From Spirochaetia bacterium (GTDB lineage: Bacteria > Spirochaetota > Spirochaetia > SZUA-6 > Bin103), in contig CBDBDQ010000005.1 of NCBI GenBank assembly GCA_965203905.1, positions 4,704,001 to 4,768,000 of the forward strand: 64,000 nucleotides of DNA, in the 5' to 3' direction. The notes beneath the pieces are model-generated. The model saw nothing but the letters and a program-made list of their open reading frames with translations. It was not told the DNA's origin and ran no database searches. Each line of letters begins with the position of its first letter. The stretch's first letter is position 1. Below are positions 30,391-40,610 of the stretch, piece after piece. The position numbers were made by a program, and so were the translations under genes.

Positions 30391-32172
30391 CTAATAACCC
30401 TTCGCTTCCTTCAACTCGGAATCAATCCAGATGCGGGCGTCGACGGTCATAGTGGCTTCACCGTTATAACCTACGATCCACGGCTGAACGACGCTAAACT
30501 GTGGCGCCATAGCACCCCATATATTCCAGTGCTGTTCCGCAATGTACAGAGATGTCTCTCTACTCAGCGTCATCTGCTCCTCAGCGCTGGTAGCGTCTCG
30601 GACGGCTTCGTACATGGCGTCATAAGCCGGGTCGTTCACATTCCAGACGCTGCGGTCCGGGCTGTGTTTTACGCTCATCGCTTTCATCTGCCCCAGAGGG
30701 GTCAACCCCGCCTGCCAACTGGTAATACCTTCCCAATCCCTTGTCTTATAAACTAATTCGCGCCAAATATCCACGTCCATTGACTTTATCTCCACATCAA
30801 TGCCAATCGCTTCCCAGTACGGCTTAACTACGAACGCATGGTCAACAACGGCTCCCGAGGTTTGCCGCAGCAAGAGGGTGGTCGAGAATCTAGTGTCACC
30901 CGCGTCGCGCTTGAGCCCAGCAGCATCAAGCAACGCTTCTGCCCCTGCAGGGTCATACTGGTAGTATCCCTGGAGCTCCTCGGGCCAATCTTCGTATGGG
31001 ACGACATACCCCACCAACCTTGACGACAAATACGTCTGAGGTGTGGTGTCTGCGTAACCATGATGGAAGATCTCGTTAATCTCGTCGAGGTTGATTGCCA
31101 TCTGCAGTGCGTGGCGCACACGGACGTCGTCAAACGGCGGCGCTTGCGTGTTAACAGCGAAAGACGTAGTTGACATAGCCCACAACGGCTCAAACTGGAA
31201 TTCCGGGTTGGTCCGCATGAGGCTCACTGCCGGGTCGACAGACCATAGTTGAGTCCAGCCGCCGCCGAAAGACATACCCAGCGCATCGATCTTTCCCGAG
31301 CGCATTGCTGCTACCCTTGTTGCTTCTTCCGGCATAACCAGGGACTTTATTTCGTCAATATAGGGCAGGCGGTTCCCGGGGTACTTTTCGTCGTAGCCCC
31401 AGTAGTTAGGGTTCTTGACGTAGGTTTCGGAGCTTCCCGGTACAACATCAACCAACTCAAAGGGCCCGGTGCCGACCAAGTTCTTCCAATCCTTGGCGTC
31501 GCCGTATTGCTCGATTACCTCGGGGGGGTACATATAACCCCACACTAACTTCTCAAGCGCATCTACTTGTTGCTCACCTATTTTAATGACAACCGTCCAC
31601 TCGTCGGTGGCCGTTACCGACTCCAGCGAAGGAACTGTGCCCACCACATAGGCAGACGGTTCGGTGAAGCCGCTGCCAATACCCCAATAACGGTGAAGGT
31701 TATATTCGATATCCTTGGCAGTGAACTCCCGACCGTTCATCGGTGGCTTATCATGCCAGTGAACGCCTTCACGGACTTTCATGACGATAGTTAGTGGGTC
31801 GGGCTGTGACCAGCTTTCCAGCAGGTGCGGTTTTGCCAGGTTCCATGGAACGTACTCTGCCCTCCAGTGATATACGTCCCTATCTAGTCCCCAGTCCCCA
31901 TGGCTTAGCTTCTCGACAACGTCAGTGATCACATATCCCGCGTCGTGATGCCACCAGGTGTCAGTATGGGCAGGCATTCCCCACCCGGCCAAGTTTAGTA
32001 TCCCGCCGTACTCTGGCGCGACTACCTGCTTGCCGGTGGTGGGGTCGGTCACGTACTTCTTGTCAGCGGAAGCAGTTGGCTGTTCCTCTTCTGGCGCCGC
32101 CCAGAGTGTGGTCGCGGCCAAGCTTAAGACCAGTACGACCATGCAAACCTTCGTGATTCTTAGCTCTTTCAT
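30391..32172 (-). CDS. Family 5 ABC substrate-binding protein (OppA/DppA-like)
   Basis: Signal peptide; PEYGG, REGVHWHDKPPMNGRE, GTGPF, PFDDVRVRHAL. Confidence 0.94.
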   Translation of the reverse strand: MKELRITKVCMVVLVLSLAATTLWAAPEEEQPTASADKKYVTDPTTGKQVVAPEYGGILNLAGWGMPAHTDTWWHHDAGYVITDVVEKLSHGDWGLDRDVYHWRAEYVPWNLAKPHLLESWSQPDPLTIVMKVREGVHWHDKPPMNGREFTAKDIEYNLHRYWGIGSGFTEPSAYVVGTVPSLESVTATDEWTVVIKIGEQQVDALEKLVWGYMYPPEVIEQYGDAKDWKNLVGTGPFELVDVVPGSSETYVKNPNYWGYDEKYPGNRLPYIDEIKSLVMPEEATRVAAMRSGKIDALGMSFGGGWTQLWSVDPAVSLMRTNPEFQFEPLWAMSTTSFAVNTQAPPFDDVRVRHALQMAINLDEINEIFHHGYADTTPQTYLSSRLVGYVVPYEDWPEELQGYYQYDPAGAEALLDAAGLKRDAGDTRFSTTLLLRQTSGAVVDHAFVVKPYWEAIGIDVEIKSMDVDIWRELVYKTRDWEGITSWQAGLTPLGQMKAMSVKHSPDRSVWNVNDPAYDAMYEAVRDATSAEEQMTLSRETSLYIAEQHWNIWGAMAPQFSVVQPWIVGYNGEATMTVDARIWIDSELKEAKGY

Positions 32173-32399
32173 ACATTTTCCTCTTTGAGGTTAGATTTGA
32201 GAGTATTGTCCGGTGAGCTACCGCTCCCTGCCTCATCGTTAGAAACAAGTTTGTTTTCTTCTTTCGCAACTCCTACTGAATACGTTTTCAGACAATACAC
32301 ATTTCGAGATCAATCTTACCTTGCGAGGATTTGGCGCTCTTTCACCTCCGTAATTTGTATTGTGTCCGATCCCATGCGCACCTCCTTTTCACATGTTAA

Positions 32400-32620
32400 T
32401 TTTAGCCTGATTAGCTACCGACTTTAGTTCTCTCCCATTCATCGGTGCGTTGTTTTGCCATTTAACCCCTTTGCGGATGTTGAAGATAATCGTGAATGGA
32501 TCGGGGGGGGGCGCAGCTCTCAGCCAGATGCGATCTAAAGAGGGATAGAGGCTGGTACTGGCTGTTGCCGGTGCTCGGGTCGAGTACCATTTCCTTTTCC
32601 TGTCGCCGCGGCCGGGTCCT
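32400..32620 (-). pseudogene. Family 5 SBP remnant
   Basis: KEMVLDPSTG and PDPFTIIFNIRKGVKWQNNAPMNGREL in different frames, paralogous to 30391-32172. Confidence 0.7.
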
Positions 32621-32863
32621 GTTCCCCGACCGGGCTTGCCCACAGGCCGGTTGGCCTACAGGGGCCCTGCATGACTTCCCTGTGCGACCGTAGTACGGAC
32701 CCGCGACTCGGGTCAACCAGCCAGGTCGAAGGTCGAAGAATCCCATCGTCCCATCTATCCCGTCCCACGCTGCCGGCTCCCGGCCTCGCGTCGGCGCGGC
32801 CTGATTTCCGAAGTCCCGCCCGCGGGCGGGGAGTTCACGAATATCGCCGGGCACCCACGCCGC

Positions 32864-33215
32864 TCAATCGGCTGGCGCGGTGATCTGCCGGATCACTTGC
32901 TGAACCTCCCGGCCTCGCCGCGCGTTGCCGGTGCGGAACGACCGCACCGAGTCCAGAACGAGGAACTGTTTCCAGAGCGCCCAACCGCGTGCCCGTTGCC
33001 AGACAAGCCCGTGCAACTTCAGGTTGGCACGAAACAATGCTCGGCTGTCTTCGTCCAGCAGAGTCCATGCTACCGTCAGGTCGCACGCGGGATCCCCCGC
33101 CGCCAACTGACCGAAGTCGATCACGGCATGCAGTCGCCCATCCGCACCAGGAGGGTTCCGGCTGCGACGTCGCCATGCACCCACATCGGATTACCCTGCC
33201 AGCCGCCGGGCCGCT
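32864..33215 (-). pseudogene. APH-family kinase C-terminal remnant (paralog of 4522-5451)
   Basis: GNPMWVHGDV, then frameshifted AVIDFGQLAAGDPACDLTVAWTLLDEDSRA; DNA similar to about 4600-4880. Confidence 0.85.
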
Positions 33216-33269
33216 GTCGGACGCCGCCGCGGGGAGTCGGAGATCGGCCGCGGGCTTGGTGGGCGGCTG

Positions 33270-33640
33270 CCGCAGCAACTTCCACTGCCAGAGCTGCAGT
33301 TCCGGGTCCTCCGGTCCATCTCTCGCGTTTCCGCGGAAACGCGCGGCGCGGCAATGCCGGCTTCACGGGAGCAAAGGGTCTCCGCCTCCACGCGCATCGT
33401 CACCTGGAAGCGGTCGCCGGCACTGCCGGGATCGAGCTCGCCGGCCAGCGCGCTCTCTGCCACCATCCCCAGCGCATCTGCACGCCGCGGCGCGATGCTC
33501 ACATCGTTTCCGTCCGCCGTCGGCGGCACCTGCTCCAGCGCCGCCTCAAGGGCGTGCAGCACGACCGCGCCCACCTTCGGCGTCAGCCGCGCCCGCAGTA
33601 CCACCATGCCGTCCTCGTCCACCCGCGTGCTCGGCGTTCG
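33270..33640 (-). pseudogene. DUF222/HNH endonuclease internal fragment
   Basis: VDEDGMVVLRARLTP.VGAVV..ALEAA...RRADAL...GDRFQV; no start codon or HNH domain. Confidence 0.65.
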
Positions 33641-33813
33641 CCGCGCCAGCCGCACTCTCACCGATTCGATGGCATGTAGACAACGCTGCGGGCGGCGGAG
33701 AGGTGCGGGTCGCGGAATCGATGTGGCAGCGACGAGACGCGAATGACGACATGCGAGCCGCACGGCGAGTGATTTGCGGCCCACCGCCGAATGACCCGAT
33801 AATCGATCAGCCG

Positions 33814-34647
33814 ATGAGCACGCTCACCCCCGAGGAGATCCGGTTCTTCAAGCGCGAAGGGTACCTGATCAAGCGCGGCGTGCTCGATCCGGAGCCGATG
33901 GCGCGCGCCCGCAAGCGCAAGTGGGCCGGTGCGCCGGCGCGCATGAAGCGGGACGATCCCGACACCTGGTTCGGGCCGTTTCGGGCCGACGAGGAACTGG
34001 CCGAGAGTCCCGTGAACTATCGCTCCGGGTTCACCTGGAAGTACACCGCTCCGGCGTACGAGCCGTGGATCGTCGCCATGTTTGCCACCAACCCGGTGCT
34101 CCTGGGCTGGGCGCAGCAGCTCCTGGGCCGGGGCGAGATCGAAGTTCCGGAGCGGATCCGCGGCATCTACTGCCAATTGCCGGAGGGGGACCTGCCGCCG
34201 CGTCCGACCGTGTGCCACTGCGACGTGACGCCGGACCGCTTGCACAGCACGCCTTTGTCAGAGCTGCTGGCTCCCGGCCTGGGTGCGGTCGGCCTGATCG
34301 CCGACATCCCGCCCGCGGGCGGGGCGTTCACCGTGTGGCCGGGCACCCACCGCATCATCCATGACCTGCTGCTGCACACCGAGGGACTGGCCCGCAACGA
34401 GGCGTACCAGCGGCGCATCATCGAGTTCAACGCCGACCCGCGCGTGGAAGGACACGGCGCGGCCGGCGACGTCCTGCTGTGGCACCGCCTGCTGGCGCAT
34501 ACCGCGGGCTGGAACCGGTCGCCGCGGATCCAGCTCCGCGAAGCCGTGCTGTGTGACTACCGCAAGCGGGCGGCCGCGCTTCCCGATCCCGATGGCCCCT
34601 TCGAGGAGATGTGGCGGGGATGGTCGCACGAGGTGCGTTCGCTTTAA
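33814..34647 (+). CDS. Phytanoyl-CoA dioxygenase (PhyH) family protein
   Basis: LTPEEIRFFKREGY, HCD, GAFTVWPGTH, AGDVLLWH..LAH. Confidence 0.88.
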   Translation: MSTLTPEEIRFFKREGYLIKRGVLDPEPMARARKRKWAGAPARMKRDDPDTWFGPFRADEELAESPVNYRSGFTWKYTAPAYEPWIVAMFATNPVLLGWAQQLLGRGEIEVPERIRGIYCQLPEGDLPPRPTVCHCDVTPDRLHSTPLSELLAPGLGAVGLIADIPPAGGAFTVWPGTHRIIHDLLLHTEGLARNEAYQRRIIEFNADPRVEGHGAAGDVLLWHRLLAHTAGWNRSPRIQLREAVLCDYRKRAAALPDPDGPFEEMWRGWSHEVRSL

Positions 34648-34723
34648 TGTGACGACCGCAGGAGGCAGCCCGTTTGCTGAGCAACGACGACCTGACCCGG
34701 CGGGTGTTCCCACCCCAGAGCGC

Positions 34724-35638
34724 ATGACCGGCAGCAACACCCTCGGCCGGCGGATCGCGCGGAACTGGGAGCTGTATCTCTTCATTCTGCCCGCACTCGG
34801 CCTGATCGCGCTGTTCCACTACGTCCCGATCTACGGCCTGCAGTTGGCGTTCAAGCGCTTCCTGGCGGTCAAGGGCATCTGGGCCAGCCCGTGGACCGGG
34901 CTGCAGAACTTCCGCATTTTTTTCAACAGTGCTTCCTTCGAACTCATTGTCTTCAACACCCTGAGCATCAGCCTGTACGAGCTGATCGCCGGCTTTCCGA
35001 TGCCGGTGCTGCTGGCCCTGATCTTCCACTACACCCCGATTCCCGGGATCAAGAAGACCGTGCAGATGGTCTCTTACGCGCCCCATTTCATCACCGTGGT
35101 GGTGCTGGTGGGGATGATCGGCATCATGCTGCACCCGGTGTACGGCCCCATCAACCTGGTCATCAAGGCGCTCGGCTTCGAGTCGGTGTTCTTCATGATC
35201 AAGCCGGAGCTGTTCAAGACGATCTACGTGTTTTCCGGGGTCTGGCAGAACGTGGGGTGGGGCTCGATCATCTTTCTGGCGGCGCTGTCGGCGGTCGATC
35301 CCGGCCTGCATGAGTCGGCGATCGTGGACGGCGCCACCAAGCTGCGCCGCATCTGGCACATCGACCTGCCGCTGCTGATGCCGACCGTGATCATCCTGCT
35401 GATCCTGCGCTGCGGCCACCTGCTGAGCGTCGGTTTCGAGAAGGTGTACCTGATGCAGAACCCGCTCACCATCCGCACCTCGGAAGTGCTGGCCACCTAC
35501 GTGTACCGGGCCGGCATCGAGCAGGGCAGGATCGAGCTCGGGGTGACCGTGGGGCTGTTCAATGCGGTCGCCAACTTCGCCATGCTGGTGCTGGTGAACC
35601 GCATCGCCCGCAAGTTCAGCGACACGTCCGTGTTCTGA
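34724..35638 (+). CDS. Carbohydrate ABC permease (LplB-like)
   Basis: YAPHFI, GWGSIIFLAAL, ESAIVDGA, GFEK; start may be slightly upstream. Confidence 0.93.
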   Translation: MTGSNTLGRRIARNWELYLFILPALGLIALFHYVPIYGLQLAFKRFLAVKGIWASPWTGLQNFRIFFNSASFELIVFNTLSISLYELIAGFPMPVLLALIFHYTPIPGIKKTVQMVSYAPHFITVVVLVGMIGIMLHPVYGPINLVIKALGFESVFFMIKPELFKTIYVFSGVWQNVGWGSIIFLAALSAVDPGLHESAIVDGATKLRRIWHIDLPLLMPTVIILLILRCGHLLSVGFEKVYLMQNPLTIRTSEVLATYVYRAGIEQGRIELGVTVGLFNAVANFAMLVLVNRIARKFSDTSVF

Positions 35639-35652
35639 AAGGCGATGTTCTG

Positions 35653-36555
35653 ATGTCGAGTACCACCGCGCGGCTCGGGGAGAGCAGAGAGGACCGCATC
35701 TTCAACGCCGTCATTTACGGCTGCCTGGCGCTGGTGTTCGTCTCCATGGTGTACCCGCTGTGGTTCATCCTGATCGCTTCTTTCAGTGATCCCAACTCGG
35801 TCTATAACGGCAAGGTGCTGGTGCTGCCGCACAACACCACCCTGCGCGGCTACGAGCTGATCCTCGAATACCGCCCGATCTGGATCGGCTACCGCAATGC
35901 GTTCATCTACCTGTTCCTGGGCACCGCAATCAACCTGGCGGTGATGGTGCCGGCGGCGTACGCGCTGTCGCGCAAGGACCTGGTGGGGCGCAACCTGATC
36001 ATGGCGGTGTTCGTGTTCACCATGTTCTTCGGCGGCGGCCTGATTCCCACCTACCTGCTGGTGCGCAAGCTGGGGCTCTACGACACCATCTGGCCGATGG
36101 TGCTGCTGCCGGCGGTCTCGGTGTACCTGATGATCATCGCCCGCACCTTCTTTCAGACCACGATTCCGGACGAGCTCCTCGCCGCGGCCCAGATCGACGG
36201 CTGCAGCAACCGCCAGTTCTTCCTGCTGGTGGTGATCCCGGTGTCGCCGGCGATCATCGCCGTGCTCACGCTGTTCTGCGGCGTGAACCACTGGAACCAG
36301 TTTTTCCTGCCGCTGATCTACCTGGAGCGGGAGAGTCTGCATCCGCTGCAACTGGTGTTGCGCGGCCTGCTCACCCAGGTGGAGTGGCTGGCCTCCGAGC
36401 TGGGCGGCGACGAGTCGTTCCTGGAGCAGCAGAAGATGGCCGACCTGATGAAGTACGGGGTGATAATCGTGGCGTCGGTGCCGATGCTGGTGCTGTATCC
36501 GTTCATCCAGCGCCACTTCGTGCGCGGCGTGATGATCGGCTCATTGAAGGGATAG
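35653..36555 (+). CDS. Carbohydrate ABC permease (LplC-like)
   Basis: FGGGLIPTY, AAQIDG, HWN, YPFIQRHFVRGVMIGSLKG. Confidence 0.94.
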   Translation: MSSTTARLGESREDRIFNAVIYGCLALVFVSMVYPLWFILIASFSDPNSVYNGKVLVLPHNTTLRGYELILEYRPIWIGYRNAFIYLFLGTAINLAVMVPAAYALSRKDLVGRNLIMAVFVFTMFFGGGLIPTYLLVRKLGLYDTIWPMVLLPAVSVYLMIIARTFFQTTIPDELLAAAQIDGCSNRQFFLLVVIPVSPAIIAVLTLFCGVNHWNQFFLPLIYLERESLHPLQLVLRGLLTQVEWLASELGGDESFLEQQKMADLMKYGVIIVASVPMLVLYPFIQRHFVRGVMIGSLKG

Positions 36556-36600
36556 CGAGAACCGGGCACAATCGAAGACGAAACCGCAAGGAGGACGCTT

Positions 36601-38208
36601 GTGTACAAGAAAGCGCCGACCCCGATTCTGGGAGCACTGCTGGTGCTCATCGTTGCCGTCGCCGCCACGGCCGGCGGCGAGGGAGAGGCGGCCGGCGACA
36701 GCTCGGTCAGCGACAACTTCAACCCCACGGGACTGCCGATCCTGAACCAACCGGTCACCTTCCGGGTGGCGATGATCGACTACTGGAACACGCCGGATTT
36801 CAACGACAAGCAGATGGTGCGCGACTGGACCGAGAAGACCAACCTGGTGTTCGACTGGATCCACATGTCGGGCCAGGACGCCCAGACCAAGGTGCCCCTG
36901 ATGTACTCCACCAACGACCTGCCGGACGCGTTCATCGGCATCAGGCAGGCGGTGAGCGACGACTACGGCGCGCAGGGGCTGAACATCGCCCTGGAGGAGT
37001 ACGTCGCTCGCTATGCGCCCAACATCACCAAGGCGCTCGACGAGGTTACCGCCGCGCGCCGCCTGCACACCGCGCTCGACGGCCACCTGTACCACATCCC
37101 GAGCATCGGGTTTCTGAGCCGCGGCGGACAGGTTGCGTACAGCTCGTTCGTGCGCACGCAGTGGCTGGAAGCGCTCGGCGAGTCGGTGCCCGAGGACCTC
37201 GACGGCTTCGTCGAGCTGCTGCGCGCGTTCCGCGACGGCGACCCCAACGGCAACGGCCAGGCCGACGAGATCCCGTTCTCGGTGCGCTGGGCCGACGGCA
37301 TCTCCGGCATCCGCGCCTGGTTCCATCCGTTCGGCACCACCAGCGCGTTCATGGGGCCGATGTTCATCCGCGACAACGTGGTGCAGGCCACCACCCTGCA
37401 GCCCGGCTACCGGGACGCCATCAAGTGGCTGCACTCGATCTGGGCGGAGGGGCTGCTGGACCAGGAGGCGTTCACCTACGAAATCCAGGCCTACCGGGCC
37501 AAGAACCAGGAGGGTGTGATCGGCGTGAGCTCGGCCTGGGGCGGCTGGAACATCGTCCCGGAGGGCAGCGCGGCGCAGGCCAAGGAATGGTGGACCCCGA
37601 TCCCGCCGCTGGCCGGCCCCGACGGCAGCCGCGACGCCGAGTTCAACGCGCTCGCCGGGATCGGTAACGGCCTGGTGATCACCAACGCCGCCGAGATGCC
37701 GGAGGCGCTGGTGCGCTACGTCGACCTGAATTTCATCCCGGAAAACGCCGTGCAGTGGAGCCTCGGCCCGCTGGGACACAACCTGTTCCAGGACGATCAG
37801 GGACGGATCGGATACCTCCCGACGCCGGACAGCTACCAGGGCTACGGCCAGTTCCGCATTTCCGAGACCGCCGTGTTCATGACCAACGGCGTGGTTCCGA
37901 GCTGGTCTGCGACCAACTTCCTGCCCGACGAGCGCAACCAGTGGAAGAACGGCCTGGTCGACCTGTACCTGCCGCACGCCACCATGTCCGGCATCAACGC
38001 GGTCAAGCTGTCCGCCGACGAGGTCGCCGAAGCGGGCGTGTACCTGACCGACATCAACTCCTACATCCAGTCCAAGGAGGCGGAGTGGGTGGTCAACGGC
38101 AAGATCGACGAAGAGTGGGACGATTACGTAAAGCAGCTCAACAACATGGGTATGGAGCGGGTGCTGGAGATCTACCAGACCGGCGCCGACCGCTGGGCCG
38201 GCGAATAG
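36601..38208 (+). CDS. Carbohydrate ABC substrate-binding protein (LplA-like)
   Basis: Signal peptide; FNPTGLPI, DPNGNGQADEIP; AAGGAGG RBS. Confidence 0.93.
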   Translation: MYKKAPTPILGALLVLIVAVAATAGGEGEAAGDSSVSDNFNPTGLPILNQPVTFRVAMIDYWNTPDFNDKQMVRDWTEKTNLVFDWIHMSGQDAQTKVPLMYSTNDLPDAFIGIRQAVSDDYGAQGLNIALEEYVARYAPNITKALDEVTAARRLHTALDGHLYHIPSIGFLSRGGQVAYSSFVRTQWLEALGESVPEDLDGFVELLRAFRDGDPNGNGQADEIPFSVRWADGISGIRAWFHPFGTTSAFMGPMFIRDNVVQATTLQPGYRDAIKWLHSIWAEGLLDQEAFTYEIQAYRAKNQEGVIGVSSAWGGWNIVPEGSAAQAKEWWTPIPPLAGPDGSRDAEFNALAGIGNGLVITNAAEMPEALVRYVDLNFIPENAVQWSLGPLGHNLFQDDQGRIGYLPTPDSYQGYGQFRISETAVFMTNGVVPSWSATNFLPDERNQWKNGLVDLYLPHATMSGINAVKLSADEVAEAGVYLTDINSYIQSKEAEWVVNGKIDEEWDDYVKQLNNMGMERVLEIYQTGADRWAGE

Positions 38209-38361
38209 CGCGCCCCTTCGGATCCGGCCGACGGCGGCGCCCGGACGCTTGGCGCAATAAAGGGTTGAGCAGGAGGGCGACATGTAGGATGACCTAATGG
38301 AGAAGAGATAATGCGATAGGCTATGCATTGTCGATGTCATGTACCATCTACGGAGGTAATC

Positions 38362-39897
38362 ATGAAGGAACTAATGAGTATCCTGCTAGGGATGCTTCTC
38401 GCCGTATCGGTGTTCGGTACCGGGGAGGGTGAAGGTGCGACCGGCGAGATTGTCGAGGTCACCCATATGGTCGCTGACAGGGGCATCGTCCCGGCCGAGG
38501 TAGGTACGCTGCAGGATAACTGGTTCGTGGATCTGGTGAACGAGAAGCTCGCACCAAGCGGAGTAAGACTGGGAGTGGTAGTTTTCCCCCGGGGAGAGTA
38601 CTCCGCCAAGGTGAATACCATGATGGCAGCCGGGACAGCCCCGGACGTCATGTGGACGTGGAGTTTCGATCAGGTCGGAAAGTGGACGCAGGAAGGCGGG
38701 CTTCTCGATTACGCTCCCTACCTCGATGAACACGGACCCAACATCCGCACACTATACTCTCAGGAGGACCTCGCCGCAGGTACCTTTGACGGCAAGCTGA
38801 CCGGACTGAGAGGCATCCAAACGTGGGCCCAATGGGCGCGTATGACGTTCGCACGACAGGACTATCTCGAGGCTCTGGGTTTGGATGCACCGCAATCCGT
38901 CGATGAGCTCTATCAGGTGTTGGTTGCATTGAAGGAAAACGCCGCGGCACTGGGCCAGGATACGGAGTCGTTCTATCCGTTCACGATGTGGAGTTCACGT
39001 GAATGGTCGTATTACGTGATTCCAGCTTTCACCGAGGGCGAGCCGGATGCGGAACGGCTGAACATTCCAGCCCCGTTGTGGCCTGAGGCCAAAGATGGTC
39101 TTCGCTTCCTCAACAAATTGTACAACGAAGGCTTGATGTTTGACGACTCCTTGGATTCCGACTCAAGTATTCGTAAGGCGATAATGATAGACGGGAAGGC
39201 GGCCATAATTCCATGGTGGACCCATGGCCCGATCTTTACCGGCTATGGCGCCATTTACGAGAAGATGAGGACGGTGAATCCGCACGCTCGCCTGGTACCG
39301 ATTTTCCCGTGGGGGCAGAGTCCCGGCGACCACAAGCTGTTCTTCAACGTGGGCAGATACAATCTGCTGTTCATTACCCCTTCCGCCACGGAACATCCGC
39401 AAGCCGTAGTGAAGTACCTTGACTACATGGCGTCGGAGGAGGGCTACCGAACTATGACCGTCGGGGTGCTGGGAGAACATTGGGAAGCGACCGCAGATGG
39501 CGGCTTCAGACGACTCATCGATGACGCGACGGTGACGAATGAAATCTCCTGGATCCAGCCCTGCTTTGCGGTTCTATCGCTACCCTTTGATAGGGCCAGT
39601 CTCAATGCCAAGGTACTGTATGGAACGATGGCGCATGCTGACGAGTATCTCGTTTGGACCGATCAGGTTGAAAGGGCCGGCAACTATCCGCCTCCGGTGA
39701 TCAACCTGCCCACTCCCGCCCGAGATCGCTACTTCGGCGTTATCCAAGGTGAGTGGCGCGACGCGTTACCGAAGATCATCACCGCACCGGAGTCCGAATT
39801 CGATGCGGTTTTCGATCAGGCACTGGCCGCCTACCGGGCCAACGGCGGAAACGAAATAGAACAAGAGGCCATTACCAACTACCGTCAGAACTTCTGA
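38362..39897 (+). CDS. Carbohydrate ABC substrate-binding protein (paralog A)
   Basis: Signal peptide; MAAGTAPD; GGAGG RBS; colinear with 42535-44076. Confidence 0.92.
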   Translation: MKELMSILLGMLLAVSVFGTGEGEGATGEIVEVTHMVADRGIVPAEVGTLQDNWFVDLVNEKLAPSGVRLGVVVFPRGEYSAKVNTMMAAGTAPDVMWTWSFDQVGKWTQEGGLLDYAPYLDEHGPNIRTLYSQEDLAAGTFDGKLTGLRGIQTWAQWARMTFARQDYLEALGLDAPQSVDELYQVLVALKENAAALGQDTESFYPFTMWSSREWSYYVIPAFTEGEPDAERLNIPAPLWPEAKDGLRFLNKLYNEGLMFDDSLDSDSSIRKAIMIDGKAAIIPWWTHGPIFTGYGAIYEKMRTVNPHARLVPIFPWGQSPGDHKLFFNVGRYNLLFITPSATEHPQAVVKYLDYMASEEGYRTMTVGVLGEHWEATADGGFRRLIDDATVTNEISWIQPCFAVLSLPFDRASLNAKVLYGTMAHADEYLVWTDQVERAGNYPPPVINLPTPARDRYFGVIQGEWRDALPKIITAPESEFDAVFDQALAAYRANGGNEIEQEAITNYRQNF

Positions 39898-39979
39898 CCA
39901 GTAGGGTTTGAACGGACGTAAGACAGGCAGGGGGGCGGATGCTACGCTTCCCTGGCTGTCCCGTCTCCGCGTGCCACCA

Positions 39980-40085
39980 GCTACCGGGTACGGGTCCGCC
40001 GTGGTCGCGTAGCCCGTCACCGAGGACGTTGCAGGACAGCACAGCGGCGATCACGAGCCCCGCGGGGATCAGCAGCCACGGTCAT
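39980..40085 (-). pseudogene. OppC C-terminal scar
   Basis: PWLLIPAGLVIAAVLSCNVLGDGLRD. Confidence 0.65.
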
Positions 40086-40269
40086 GTCAGCCTCCGTGCG
40101 ACGCGATCTCGCTCGTGTCCGCCGAAGCTGGCTGAGTTAGCGTCCCACGGCACCGTGCTGCTGTGTCAACGTGATCACCTTGACACGGTCGTTACCTTCG
40201 CCGACGGTGACGTGGATGGAGAACGCGACGACTGTGCGGCCGGCTTCTTGTAGGCCAGCATCTGCTTGT

Positions 40270-40430
40270 CGGGATAGGCGCGCGCTCGCGAGCACAAGTG
40301 GAGGGTACCCGGCGCGCTTGCAGGCTGATCCCGCCACATGGGTCGGACCGTTTCGTGCCGATGAGGAGCACGGCGAAGAGTGCGACAACTGCCGCACGGG
40401 GTCTACCTGGAAGTATCGCGCCCCGCGCCT
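40270..40430 (+). pseudogene. PhyH paralog scar
   Basis: DPATWVGPFRADEE...RTGSTWKYRAP matches DPDTWFGPFRADEE...RSGFTWKYTAP of 33814-34647. Confidence 0.7.
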
Positions 40431-40610
40431 CACACGAGTTTTGAATGACCCTCCCGCGTGTGTTAAGATCAACGCCATCGTGGAACCAATCGTCGCCGCC
40501 GTTCGGAGGCCTTCGGCCGAGCGCCGCGAGCCGAGACACGCGGAACAGGAAGTCGTAGTGCGCCTGCCCCCGAGAAATCGTCGGCCGAGGCGCGCAGGCG
40601 CTCCGACACC

